From a virus (Duplodnaviria > Heunggongvirae > Uroviricota > Caudoviricetes), in IMG/VR virus record IMGVR_UViG_2645727978_000010: a stretch of 38,285 bases of DNA. One strand, given 5' to 3'. The notes beneath the pieces were generated by a model. It had not been told where the DNA came from. It saw nothing but the letters and a program-made list of their open reading frames with translations, and made no database searches. This document shows, one piece after another, positions 27,071 to 36,921 of this stretch (its first letter is position 1; every line of letters starts with the position of its first letter). The translations under genes were made by a program, and so were the position numbers.

Positions 27071-28216
27071 ATGGCACAGGGCTTGCCTGTATCAAACGTT
27101 GTTAATGTTGATGTGATCATGTCGCCGCGTGCAGCATCAGGGCGAAATTTTGGTGCATTACTCATTCTCGGCCCGTCCACAATCATTCCGGTAAGTGAGC
27201 GCATTCGCCGTTATTCTGCCGCGGAAGATATTGGAAAAGATTTTGGCGTGGAATCACCAGAATATAAGGCTGCGCAGGTGTTTTTCTCTCAATCACCGAA
27301 ACCTCAGGAGGTTTTTGTTGGTCGTTGGGTGAAAACGAAGGGGGACAGCGAACAGGCCACGCCTGAGACGCTGGAGCAGGCTGTGAATGCCATGCTTGAT
27401 TATACTTCATGGTATGGGCTGGGGATTGCAGACGATGAAGATATTCAGGATGCAGACTGGCTGAAAGTGGCTGCGGCGATCGAATCCTCTTCTGTAAGCC
27501 GTATTCTGGCGATTACGACAAGCGATGAGAAATGCCTGCAGACTGCATCCAGCGATGATTTGGCATCAAAACTGAAAACCGCCGGATATTCACGCAGTTT
27601 TATTCAGTATTCATCGGGTAATAAATACGCTGCGTTATCTGCATTTGGCCGGGCATTCACGGTTAATTTCAATGGCAGTAATACCGCGATTACGCTCAAG
27701 TTTAAGCAGGAGCCGGGTATCGGGTATGAAACACTGACAGTCAGCCAGGCATCGGCACTTGATGCAAAAAACTGCAATGTATTCGTGTACTACCAGAATG
27801 ATACGGCTATCCTCCAGCAGGGAGTGATGGCTAACGGCGATTTCTTTGATGAACGCCACGGCCTGGACTGGTTACAGAATTATGTGCAGACCAACCTCTA
27901 TAACCTGCTTTATACCAGCACCACGAAAGTTCCCCAGACTGAAGCCGGTATTACCCGACTGTTATCAAATGTTGAAAAATCACTGGATCAGGCCGTTCAG
28001 AATGGACTGATTGCTCCGGGCGTATGGAACGGGGGCGACCTTGGTCAGTTGTCATCAGGTGACACACTGCCCAAAGGTTATTACGTATACGCTCAGCCGC
28101 TGGATGAACAGGCTCAATCAGAACGTGAAGCCCGTAAGGCTCCGGTGATTCAGGCTGCAATAAAACTTGCAGGCGCGGTTCATTACGCTGACGTACAGAT
28201 TAACGTTGTTCGCTAA
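27071..28216 (+). CDS. Tail sheath protein (381 aa), putative
   Basis: Track ORF; largest gene immediately upstream of tube/chaperone/tape-measure block. Confidence 0.65.
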   Translation: MAQGLPVSNVVNVDVIMSPRAASGRNFGALLILGPSTIIPVSERIRRYSAAEDIGKDFGVESPEYKAAQVFFSQSPKPQEVFVGRWVKTKGDSEQATPETLEQAVNAMLDYTSWYGLGIADDEDIQDADWLKVAAAIESSSVSRILAITTSDEKCLQTASSDDLASKLKTAGYSRSFIQYSSGNKYAALSAFGRAFTVNFNGSNTAITLKFKQEPGIGYETLTVSQASALDAKNCNVFVYYQNDTAILQQGVMANGDFFDERHGLDWLQNYVQTNLYNLLYTSTTKVPQTEAGITRLLSNVEKSLDQAVQNGLIAPGVWNGGDLGQLSSGDTLPKGYYVYAQPLDEQAQSEREARKAPVIQAAIKLAGAVHYADVQINVVR

Positions 28217-28226
28217 GGGGAAGTGA

Positions 28227-28667
28227 ATGTCTACCTATTCTTTTATGGATGTCACTGCGACGCTGACCGGGCCGACAGGTTCGATTGACCTCGGGTACGG
28301 TTCGGCAAGTTCTGAAGAGGGGATTGTGGTTGCGATGGGCGGTCCTAAAAACACCATGACCATCGGTGCTGATGGCGAAGTGATGCACAGTCTCCATGCA
28401 GATAAAAGCGGGACGATTACCGTTAACCTTCTGAAGACATCACCGACAAATAAAAAATTGTCGCTGGCGTATAACGCACAGAGCCAGTCTTCTGCCACAT
28501 GGGGGAATAACGTTATCGTGATCCGCAACAAGGTCAGCGGCGACATCATCACGGCACGCAGTGTTGCGTTCCAGAAACAACCGGATAACGCCAACGCTAA
28601 AACCGGTAATACGATGCCGTGGGTGTTTGACTGCGGCAAGATTGACCAGGTTCTCGGGGAGTTTTAA
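28227..28667 (+). CDS. Tail tube protein (146 aa), putative
   Basis: Track ORF; between sheath and tail assembly chaperone. Confidence 0.6.
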   Translation: MSTYSFMDVTATLTGPTGSIDLGYGSASSEEGIVVAMGGPKNTMTIGADGEVMHSLHADKSGTITVNLLKTSPTNKKLSLAYNAQSQSSATWGNNVIVIRNKVSGDIITARSVAFQKQPDNANAKTGNTMPWVFDCGKIDQVLGEF

Positions 28668-28670
28668 TGC

Positions 28671-29123
28671 ATGGAATTCGAAATTAAAGGCGTGAAATAT
28701 CGCACGGCAAAACTCAGCGTTTTTGACCAGCTGAAAGTGACCCGCAAACTTCTGCCGGTGCTGGCAGGAATGATGTCAGATTTCGGGAGTATTCGCTCCC
28801 GTTTGCCTGCTGACGGCAAAATCGACACCGTGAAATTCGAACAGTTAAAACCGGTGTTTGAAACCATGCTCCCGCGTATCGCTGAGGAACTGTCTTCCCT
28901 GACCGAAGATGACACCGATGCGATTATTCATCCCTGTCTTGCGGTGGTATCGCGGCGTCATATGGACGGATGGGTGCCGGTATTTACCCAGGGCGAACTG
29001 ATGTTTGATGATATTGACTTGCTGGTCATGCTGCAGCTGGTGGCGCGGGTGGTCGCCGATTCGCTGGGAAATTTTTTGCCTACACCCCTTACCAGCACGA
29101 CGCAGAGCCTGCAACAGGGCTGA
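28671..29123 (+). CDS. Tail assembly chaperone (150 aa), short isoform
   Basis: Track ORF; directly upstream of tape measure gene; contains slippery heptamer near its 3' end. Confidence 0.6.
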   Translation: MEFEIKGVKYRTAKLSVFDQLKVTRKLLPVLAGMMSDFGSIRSRLPADGKIDTVKFEQLKPVFETMLPRIAEELSSLTEDDTDAIIHPCLAVVSRRHMDGWVPVFTQGELMFDDIDLLVMLQLVARVVADSLGNFLPTPLTSTTQSLQQG

Positions 29124-29311
29124 CGTTTAACAGCCTGCCGGACGGGCTGTCCTACCTTCTCAATCCGGTTGACGCCGGGTTAATTCCTTATACAGCACTT
29201 AAAGATGGCTCTGTCGATTTGTATGACATTGCTCTCTTGAATGACCATCTGGCGGTAAAAGCGGATAACCAGCGACGCATTGAGAAATGGAGAGAGGATA
29301 ATGAACGCTGA
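28671..29311 (+). CDS. Tail assembly chaperone, predicted -1 frameshift-extended isoform
   Basis: Slippery heptamer G_GGA_AAT at 29066-29072 followed by T-run; -1 frame open for 80 codons from 29072 to TGA 29309-29311, overlapping the tape measure start. Confidence 0.5.
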
Positions 29312-31289
29312 AACTATTAAAGATTTCCTCGTCTCGCTTGGCTTCAGTGTGGATGATGCAGGAGCGAAAAAGTTCGGTTCTGTCCTCGCCGGTACAACTG
29401 CAAATGTCATCAAAATGGGGCTGGCTGTTGAAGGAGCTGCGTTGTCCGTGGTGGCCTTCACGGCTAAGATCGCCTCCGGCCTGGATAATCTTTACTGGGC
29501 GTCACAGCGCACCGGCGCGACAGTCCAGGGAATTCAGTCTATTGGCTATGCGGTTTCGCAGGTTGGCGGCAGCGTGGACGCTGCGCGATCTTCTCTGGAA
29601 AGCCTATCCCGGTTTATTCGTAACAATCCCGGTGCAGAAGGCTTTCTGAATCGCCTGGGCGTACAGACCCGTGATGCCAGCGGTAACATGCGTGACATGG
29701 CCGCTATTTTTACGGGCGTTGGACAGAAACTCAGCAGCATGCCGTATTACCGGGCTAACCAGTATGCGCAGATGCTGGGCATTGACGAAAATACCCTTAT
29801 GGCGATGCGCCGGGGTGTGGGTGGCTTCTCCGGGCAGTACAGCGCAATGGCGAAAGCTATCGGCTTCAATGCTGACGAGGCGGCCAGAAGCTCCAACAAA
29901 TTTATGACCTCCCTGCGTGAGTTTGGCGCGATGGCAGGCATGGCCCGTGACAAAATCGGCTCTAATCTTGCGGGGGGGCTTGCGGGTTCGCTGGACACCC
30001 TGCGCCGCCATATCCTGGACAACTTCCCTCGTATCGAGCAGACCCTGACGAAAGCCATAAAAGGCATTCTGGCGCTCGGGGATATTATCGGGCGGCTGTT
30101 CTTCAGACTGATTGAGGGGACATCAGGCCTTATCACCTGGTGGCAATCGCTGGATAAGCAAACGCGGGAGTTGATCTCGCTGTTTGGCGCACTGACGATT
30201 GCGCTGCGCATTCTGAACAGTACGTTCTGGATGTCGCCGATTGGCCTCATTACCGCGCTGGCGGCGGGTATTGCCCTCCTGTGGGAGGACTATCAGACCT
30301 GGAAGGAAGGCGGCGACAGCCTGATTGACTGGGGCAAGTGGAAACCGGAGGTCGATGCCGCGCTGAAGATGGTTCGTGACCTTAAAACGACCGTTAACGA
30401 CCTGGTGAAAGCGCTGGCGAAACTGCTCAATATTGACCCCAAATCATGGTCCCTGAAGTGGGATTTCAGCAACTTCATCGACCAGATGGGCGAATTCAGC
30501 AAAATGCTGAACATGATCGCCGACCTGCTCAACGCTATCAAAGATGGCCGCTGGGCTGATGCCGTCAGCATCGGCAAACAGATACTTAATCAGGGCAGCG
30601 AAAATCCGTCAGCGATGCCGATGGTTACAGACAGCGCTAACAGTACTGCCGACTGGATTAAAGAGCACTGGGGATTCGATCCCCGCAGTGTGGGCCGGAC
30701 GGTACGCGGCTGGTTTGGTGATGATGAGCCGGAACAACATGCACAGGCTACGAAACGAGGAGAACGGAATAACAATCCGGGAAACCTTAATTTTGCTGGT
30801 CAGGCAGGGGCTTCTCTTGAACGCCCGGGCGGGCGATTTGCCAGATTTGAAACTGCTTTTGATGGATTACGGGCTCTTGCTCGTCAGTTAATGCTGTACG
30901 CCGGACGGGGAATAAACAGTGTGGAGAAAATTATCTCTACCTGGGCACCTGCGTCTGATAATAACAACACAACTGCGTATATCAGGGCTGTATCGCAACG
31001 ACTGGGAGTGGATCCCCGGGCTGCCCTGAATATGAGCGATCCGCAAACCATGTCAGCATTGATGAGCAGCATTATCCAGCATGAGAATGGAAGAAATATC
31101 TATTCTCGGGAGCTGATTAATAAGGCTGCCGTGGCGGGAATTAGTGGCAAAGTGACAGAGGTTAACCAGCAAAATACCTACCACATTTACGGTGGTGGAG
31201 ATCCGCACGCTGTCGGTAATGAGGTTGCACGTCGGCAACAGTCTGCAAATGCTCAGGTCATGCGAAGTAATCAGGTGAGGGTGGGTTAG
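29301..31289 (+). CDS. Tail tape measure protein (662 aa)
   Basis: Track ORF 29280..31289 trimmed to ATG 29301 (GGAGAGAGGA RBS); long Ala/Gly-rich helical protein with internal hydrophobic segments; follows chaperone. Confidence 0.8.
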   Translation: MNAETIKDFLVSLGFSVDDAGAKKFGSVLAGTTANVIKMGLAVEGAALSVVAFTAKIASGLDNLYWASQRTGATVQGIQSIGYAVSQVGGSVDAARSSLESLSRFIRNNPGAEGFLNRLGVQTRDASGNMRDMAAIFTGVGQKLSSMPYYRANQYAQMLGIDENTLMAMRRGVGGFSGQYSAMAKAIGFNADEAARSSNKFMTSLREFGAMAGMARDKIGSNLAGGLAGSLDTLRRHILDNFPRIEQTLTKAIKGILALGDIIGRLFFRLIEGTSGLITWWQSLDKQTRELISLFGALTIALRILNSTFWMSPIGLITALAAGIALLWEDYQTWKEGGDSLIDWGKWKPEVDAALKMVRDLKTTVNDLVKALAKLLNIDPKSWSLKWDFSNFIDQMGEFSKMLNMIADLLNAIKDGRWADAVSIGKQILNQGSENPSAMPMVTDSANSTADWIKEHWGFDPRSVGRTVRGWFGDDEPEQHAQATKRGERNNNPGNLNFAGQAGASLERPGGRFARFETAFDGLRALARQLMLYAGRGINSVEKIISTWAPASDNNNTTAYIRAVSQRLGVDPRAALNMSDPQTMSALMSSIIQHENGRNIYSRELINKAAVAGISGKVTEVNQQNTYHIYGGGDPHAVGNEVARRQQSANAQVMRSNQVRVG

Positions 31290-31876
31290 TGGATATTCTC
31301 TCTACACTTTTTCATCAGCAGAGCAGAAAAATAGGAATGATTGTTCCCTGTGTTGTTATTTCAGAGAAGCATACAGATATGCTTGAAATAACAGAGCATC
31401 CGGTAGAGGTCGGGGCCGCTGTCGCTGATCATGCCTATAAAAAACCGTCAGAAGTGGTGATGGAGGTTGGTTTCGCCGGTGGTGGCGCATTGCTGGATTT
31501 TGCCAGTAACCTGACGGCTACCAGCCTGCTCGGCCTGAGTCCTCAGCAGACGTATCAGGAGCTACTGGATCTGCAGGAAAGCCGTATCCCCTTCGATGTG
31601 GTAACCGGTAAACGACTGTACAGCAACATGTTGATCCGGGCGCTGGAAGTGACGACGGACAAGACAACCGAAAACGTCCTGTCCGCCGTCCTCACCCTGA
31701 GGGAGGTCCTTATCTCCCGGACACAGCAGATTTCCGTCGCGGATAAAACCAACATGAAGGAAGGGGCCAGCACGTCGGCGGTACAGAACAGCGGCAACAA
31801 AACCACCAAGCCTCCAGATACTTCACTGCTGAAAAGCATCACGGGTAACGTGGCGTCATTACTGGGGGGCGGCTAA
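31289..31876 (+). CDS. Hypothetical tail/baseplate protein (195 aa)
   Basis: Track ORF; GTG start overlapping tape measure stop (TAGTG). Confidence 0.45.
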   Translation: MDILSTLFHQQSRKIGMIVPCVVISEKHTDMLEITEHPVEVGAAVADHAYKKPSEVVMEVGFAGGGALLDFASNLTATSLLGLSPQQTYQELLDLQESRIPFDVVTGKRLYSNMLIRALEVTTDKTTENVLSAVLTLREVLISRTQQISVADKTNMKEGASTSAVQNSGNKTTKPPDTSLLKSITGNVASLLGGG

Positions 31877-32178
31877 TGGCAATTCAGGAAATTCCGCTGA
31901 CAGCGGACAACCAGCAGTTCAGCATCGTCCTGGGTGGTGTTACCTGGCGGATTAGCATCATATGGCGCGATCTGTACTGGATTATGGACCTGCAGAACGA
32001 CAGAGGGGAGCCGGTAATCTCCGGTATTCCTCTCGTCACTGGTGCTGACCTGCTGGCGCAGTACGCCTGTATGGGGCTTGGTTTTAAGCTGGTGGTGGTC
32101 TGTGATGACAACACACAGGATTACCCCACAAAAACTGACCTGGGCGGTCGCAGCCATTTACTGGTATCAACGGAGTAA
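31876..32178 (+). CDS. Hypothetical tail/baseplate protein (100 aa)
   Basis: Track ORF; ATG overlaps upstream stop. Confidence 0.45.
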   Translation: MAIQEIPLTADNQQFSIVLGGVTWRISIIWRDLYWIMDLQNDRGEPVISGIPLVTGADLLAQYACMGLGFKLVVVCDDNTQDYPTKTDLGGRSHLLVSTE

Positions 32179-32180
32179 GC

Positions 32181-33242
32181 ATGTCACAGAACTGGATGAG
32201 ACATTTCGAGCTGCAGCTTGTGGACGGGAACGGTCAGGGAATTGAGCTAAGTGATTTTAAAGTGACCTTTACGATCGACTGGTTCAACATCAGCAGCGCG
32301 TCCCGGGTAGGGACTATCAAAATTTATAACCTCTCGGCAGATACTGTGAACCGAATCACCGGGCGGGAGTTTTCGAAAGTGCGTCTGATTGCGGGTTACG
32401 ACGGTATCGCGCCGGAGGTGTCGGCAAGCGACGTCGGGATCGTGCGGGAGGTTGATGCGGCGGACGTGGGCCAGAGTGATGGCCGCAACTACGGACTGAT
32501 TTTCAGCGGTGAAATTCGCTACTCGGTTACAGGAAAAGACAGTCCGGTTGATTCCTACGTCCTGATTCAGGCAGCAGATACTGATCTGGCTTTTGCCACC
32601 AGTATAACCTCACAGACGCTGGCTGCCGGTTACACGGTCGCTGATGTGAACCGTGCGCTGATGAAAGACTTCGAAGCCAAAGGTGCGACCGAAGGCCTGA
32701 CGCCTGAAATGCCTGCTACTGTATTCCCCCGGGGGCGGGTGCTCTTTGGCATGACGCGGCATCTAATGGATAACGTAGCCGGGCAATGTGGCGCAACATG
32801 GCAATTCGTAGACGGTCAGCGCCAGATGGTGGCGAATAATGAATATGTTCACGAAGCGATTGTGCTCAACAGCGCTACCGGGCTTATTGGCATGCCGCAG
32901 CAGACCATCGGCAACGGCGTAAACGTTCGCGCGCTTATTAATCCGAACATCCGGGTTAATGGGCTCATTCAACTGGATCAGGCTTCCGTATATCGCACCG
33001 CGTTGTCGAACAACGATATCGCTATGGCTGGTGGGCAGATCACCGACCAGAACACGGACGGAAATATTACGCTAAGCGGCACCACATCGCAGCCTGCCAG
33101 CATCGCAACGGATGGCGTTTATATTGTGCGCGGGATTATGTACACTGGCGATACAAGGGGCCAGGCGTGGTACATGGATATGATGTGCGAAGCGCGTGGC
33201 GCGGCGGATCTGTATACGCAATCGGCTTTGCAAAGGGAATGA
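32181..33242 (+). CDS. Hypothetical baseplate protein (353 aa), possibly hub
   Basis: Track ORF; position between tape measure and spike gene. Confidence 0.5.
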   Translation: MSQNWMRHFELQLVDGNGQGIELSDFKVTFTIDWFNISSASRVGTIKIYNLSADTVNRITGREFSKVRLIAGYDGIAPEVSASDVGIVREVDAADVGQSDGRNYGLIFSGEIRYSVTGKDSPVDSYVLIQAADTDLAFATSITSQTLAAGYTVADVNRALMKDFEAKGATEGLTPEMPATVFPRGRVLFGMTRHLMDNVAGQCGATWQFVDGQRQMVANNEYVHEAIVLNSATGLIGMPQQTIGNGVNVRALINPNIRVNGLIQLDQASVYRTALSNNDIAMAGGQITDQNTDGNITLSGTTSQPASIATDGVYIVRGIMYTGDTRGQAWYMDMMCEARGAADLYTQSALQRE

Positions 33243-33245
33243 GCA

Positions 33246-33587
33246 ATGAGGGGTATTATTTTTCTGTTAGCTGTCTTTTCTGCGTGCAGCGCGTGGGCGG
33301 ATGGCTTCACGGTTAAATGCGGTGGCTACACTATGGTTGCAAACCAGGGCGAGTTATCGACAATCAACGGTGAAAGAGTTACCTCTCAAAAAATCACCGA
33401 ACTGGGTACCAATGGTTTGAAAGTAGACATGGGGCTTATGCCTGCCAAAGACGGTAACAACTACGGCTTTGAATACATTCGTCGCCCTGGTACCGAAACG
33501 CGATTCCTGAATGTCCAACTGCTGCAGAACAGCATGGATGCGCCGAAAATCATCGGTTCCTTTCCATGCAAAAAGATTGTTGATTAA
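33246..33587 (+). CDS. Secreted protein of unknown function (113 aa) with N-terminal signal peptide
   Basis: Track ORF; AGGGA RBS; MRGIIFLLAVFSACSAWA/DG looks like a Sec signal with AxA cleavage motif; embedded between baseplate genes. Confidence 0.55.
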   Translation: MRGIIFLLAVFSACSAWADGFTVKCGGYTMVANQGELSTINGERVTSQKITELGTNGLKVDMGLMPAKDGNNYGFEYIRRPGTETRFLNVQLLQNSMDAPKIIGSFPCKKIVD

Positions 33588-33604
33588 TCACTCGTAATTA
33601 TAAT
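33577..33604 (+). promoter_or_regulatory. Candidate promoter (TTGTTG -16 bp- TATAAT) for the small membrane-protein gene
   Basis: -35-like 33577-33582, perfect -10 TATAAT 33599-33604; AT-rich intergenic region. Confidence 0.35.
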
Positions 33605-33640
33605 GTGGTACTTCTACTTTCACGATAAGGAATTTGTCGC

Positions 33641-33880
33641 ATGTTCGGATTTGATAAATTAATAACTCCAAAAATCATCAACGTTCTGTATGGCATCACA
33701 ATGTTACTTCTGGTTGTTGCCGCCATTATAACGTTTGTTAATGGGAAGGCTGCTGGCGCTTTAGTGCTTTTGTTATGTGCTGTATTTTGCCGAATATTCT
33801 TTGAGTGCATCATGGTTTCATTTAAAAACAATGAGTATCTTCGCCGAATAGCTGAAGCGTTAGAAGCAAACAAGCAGTAA
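33641..33880 (+). CDS. Small membrane protein (79 aa, two predicted TM helices)
   Basis: Track ORF; AAGG RBS; hydrophobic segments IINVLYGITMLLLVVAAIITFV and ALVLLLCAVFCRIFFECIMV; AT-rich; own terminator. Confidence 0.55.
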   Translation: MFGFDKLITPKIINVLYGITMLLLVVAAIITFVNGKAAGALVLLLCAVFCRIFFECIMVSFKNNEYLRRIAEALEANKQ

Positions 33881-33898
33881 TGAAACTTCAATAATGAA

Positions 33899-33922
33899 CC
33901 CGCCACCCGGCGGGTTTTTTGC
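33899..33922 (+). terminator. Rho-independent terminator after small membrane-protein gene
   Basis: CCCGCC-ACCC-GGCGGG hairpin followed by TTTTTTGCTTTC. Confidence 0.65.
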
Positions 33923-33939
33923 TTTCTGGAGCCTACTAA

Positions 33940-34692
33940 ATGGCAGTATCTGACCAGACCCGCAGCGGCGACCTTGCCGAAACATTCAAATCTGAACGGG
34001 AAACCACAAAGAACCAGATCCGTGTCGCCTTGCCTGGCATTGTTCAGTCATTCGATCCCGACGCGGTGACGGCGGTTGTGCAGCCAGCTATCCGTTCGGT
34101 TGAAAAGGATAACGACGGTAACCGCATTACCAAAAATTACCCGTTGCTGGTGGATGTGCCAGTGGTATTTCCGCGCGGCGGAGGCTGTACGTTGACTTTT
34201 CCGGTTAAAGCCGGGGATGAGTGTCTTGTTGTTTTTGCCGATCGTTGTATTGATTTCTGGTGGCAGAACGGCGGGATACAGGAGCCTGTTGATGACAGAA
34301 TGCATGATTTATCGGATGCGTTTTGTATTGTCGGTCCCCAGTCGCAGGCGAGGAAGATTAGCGGTATTAATACCAGTGCCACACAGTTGCGTAGTGACGA
34401 CGGCAGCACCTATTTTGAGCTTAATCCTGATACCAGGAAAATTAAAATTGTCGCTCCGGGTGGTCTTGATGTGGTTGCCCCTCTGGCTGATTTTTCTGAG
34501 AAAGTAACCATTCATGGCCTGTTAACCTGGATGGGTGGCATGGTGGGGTCTGTGGTTTCTGGTGTGGCTTCAAAAATCACTGGTGCTGTTGAGTTTTTGG
34601 GTAGCGTGAAGGCTAACGGCAAGCCAATCGATGATACGCACACTCATGGCGGTGTTCAGCGCGGTGGAAGCAATACCGATAGGGTAAACTGA
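33940..34692 (+). CDS. Baseplate assembly/spike protein (gpV-like), 250 aa
   Basis: Track ORF; GGAG RBS; position in baseplate cluster; Gly-rich C-terminal region. Confidence 0.6.
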   Translation: MAVSDQTRSGDLAETFKSERETTKNQIRVALPGIVQSFDPDAVTAVVQPAIRSVEKDNDGNRITKNYPLLVDVPVVFPRGGGCTLTFPVKAGDECLVVFADRCIDFWWQNGGIQEPVDDRMHDLSDAFCIVGPQSQARKISGINTSATQLRSDDGSTYFELNPDTRKIKIVAPGGLDVVAPLADFSEKVTIHGLLTWMGGMVGSVVSGVASKITGAVEFLGSVKANGKPIDDTHTHGGVQRGGSNTDRVN

Positions 34693-35045
34693 TGCGATAC
34701 AGACGTGAAGACGCCGATGGCGATTACACCTTTGGCAGCGGTGATGACACCTGGCTGATTAACTCACCGGAGGCCGTGGCGCAGGCGGTAAAAACGTGAT
34801 TTGAATTGTGGTATGGGCAATGGTTTCTCGACACCACCGAAGGGACCCCGTGGATCCAGTCTGTGCTCGGTAAGCAGAAGCCGGAAACCTACAACCTGGC
34901 GATCCGTAAGCGCATCCTCGAAACGCGGGGCGTTAAATCAATCCTCTCTTTCAATACGACGGTGGATACCACGACCCGACGTGTCATGTTTTCCGCTGAA
35001 ATCGACACTCTCTATGGAATAACGACTGTTAAATCGGAGGCGTAA
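34692..35045 (+). pseudogene. Baseplate protein gene (gpW/gp25 position) interrupted by in-frame TGA at 34797-34799
   Basis: ATG 34692 (overlaps upstream TGA) opens 35 codons, then TGA, then the same frame stays open for 82 codons to TAA 35043-35045; combined ~117 aa fits a single small baseplate gene. Confidence 0.5.
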
Positions 35046-36244
35046 TGGCTCTGAACCTTGATTCTCTCGGTTTATCTGCAAAGGTAACCGCGGAGGGGAT
35101 CAGTGCGCCTGATTATCAGACGATACTCAGCACCCTGATTAGCTATTTTCAGCAGATTTATGGCAGTGATGCCTACCTCGAACCGGATAGTAAAGACGGC
35201 CAGATGGTGGCTCTGATGGCGCTGGCGATTCATGATGCCAATAATACTGCGATAACTGTCTACAACTGTTTTTCACCGGCAACCGGCTATGGGGCCGCAC
35301 TGACCAGTAACGTGAAAATAAATGGTATTTCACGTAAAGGCGCGACGAATTCTACGGTTGATTTGCTTCTTACAGGAACTGCCGGAACAACCATCATTAA
35401 TGGCAGCGTGAAAGACAGTAATAGTGTGATATGGCGTTTGCCTGCTTCAGTGGTGGTCGGCGTGGATGGTACAGTGATGGCGACCGCAACATGTTCCGTC
35501 AGTGGTGCAGTGGCGGCGCTGGCTGGAACTATCACTGAAATTAATACGCCAACCCGTGGCTGGGTTTCGGTAACTAATCCTGCTGCGGCTACTGTTGGCT
35601 CTCCGGCAGAAACTGATGCGGAGTTACGTATCCGCCAGTCGCAAAGTGTTGCGTTGCCATCAATAACCCCATTTGAAGCACTGGATGGTGCTGTTTCTAA
35701 TGTTACCGGTGTAACCCGCCACAAACTCTATGAAAACGATACTGGTTCGGAGGACGGTAACGGGTTACCGCCACACTCTGTTGCTGTAATTGTGGATGGC
35801 GGTGATGTGATGGATATTGCTCAGGCTATCAGAGGGAATAAAGGCCAGGGGACAGCCACTCACGGTACAACATCCGTTACGGTTCCGGATAAATACGGCA
35901 ATCCCCATGTAATCAAATTCTCGCGTTCCAGTGATGTGCCTGTTTATGCCCGGATTAAATTAAAAGTTTTTACGGGTTATACCTCACAGATAGGGCAGCA
36001 GATCCAGCAGGCTATTTCCGACTATATCAATAGTCTGATGATTGGTGATTCGGTCCTTTTAAGTCGCATTTACTCACCGGCGAATCTTGGCGTGGTGAGT
36101 GGCGGGAATGCACGCTATTACGATATTCAGGAACTGACGATTGGGAAATCTCCGGGGGCTTTGTCGTCATCAAACATTGATATCAGATACAACGAATCTG
36201 CGTCCTGTACCCCGGAAAATATCGTTATAACGGTGGAGTCATGA
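35045..36244 (+). CDS. Baseplate J-like protein (399 aa)
   Basis: Track ORF; ATG overlaps upstream TAA; size and position. Confidence 0.6.
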   Translation: MALNLDSLGLSAKVTAEGISAPDYQTILSTLISYFQQIYGSDAYLEPDSKDGQMVALMALAIHDANNTAITVYNCFSPATGYGAALTSNVKINGISRKGATNSTVDLLLTGTAGTTIINGSVKDSNSVIWRLPASVVVGVDGTVMATATCSVSGAVAALAGTITEINTPTRGWVSVTNPAAATVGSPAETDAELRIRQSQSVALPSITPFEALDGAVSNVTGVTRHKLYENDTGSEDGNGLPPHSVAVIVDGGDVMDIAQAIRGNKGQGTATHGTTSVTVPDKYGNPHVIKFSRSSDVPVYARIKLKVFTGYTSQIGQQIQQAISDYINSLMIGDSVLLSRIYSPANLGVVSGGNARYYDIQELTIGKSPGALSSSNIDIRYNESASCTPENIVITVES

Positions 36245-36921
36245 GCAAATACACCGAACTAATCACGAACTACCACGCCACCAAACCTAAATTTCTTGCA
36301 CATGTTGATCTGATGACCCGGCCGCTTATTGATGTTGCGGCGGCCACCAGAGGGCTGATTACTGCATTTGATATTGACTCTGCGGTTGGTGTGCAACTTG
36401 ACATTCTGGGATTGTGGATCGGACGTAGCCGTGTTGTCAGCCAGCCTATCTCAGGTGTTTATTTCAGCTGGGATACCGACGGGCTTGGATATGATCAGGG
36501 TGTATGGCAGGGACCATACGATCCTGATTCCGGATACATGTACCTCAGCGATGAAACTTATCGTGTCATCCTTAAAGCGAAGATTGCGATTAATAACTGG
36601 GACGGACGGAATGATTCGCTTCCGGCAATTCTTGACGCGGCAACAGCAGGATCCGGGCTGCGAATGCAGATAGTCGATAACCAGGACATGACGATATCGG
36701 TCTGGGTCTTTCCTGATACTGATATTTCAGATGTATCGCGTGAGTTAATTGCGGCAATTAAACAGGGGTATCTCACAGTAAAAGCCGCCGGGGTATGGGC
36801 GGGGGGCATTGAAACTCCTTCGGTGGAAACCCCATCGGAAGGCTCAAAATTTTTTGGTTTTGATATGGATAACGAATTCATCAGTGGTTTTGATGTAGGA
36901 GCATGGGGAGTATTACTCTGA
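36241..36921 (+). CDS. Tail/baseplate protein I-like (226 aa)
   Basis: Track ORF; ATGA overlap with J-like gene; precedes tail fibre gene. Confidence 0.55.
   Translation: MSKYTELITNYHATKPKFLAHVDLMTRPLIDVAAATRGLITAFDIDSAVGVQLDILGLWIGRSRVVSQPISGVYFSWDTDGLGYDQGVWQGPYDPDSGYMYLSDETYRVILKAKIAINNWDGRNDSLPAILDAATAGSGLRMQIVDNQDMTISVWVFPDTDISDVSRELIAAIKQGYLTVKAAGVWAGGIETPSVETPSEGSKFFGFDMDNEFISGFDVGAWGVLL

Noticed and set aside
29546-30250. Minus-strand ORFs inside the tape measure gene
   Set aside because: Antisense to the 662-aa tape measure CDS; high-GC spurious frames
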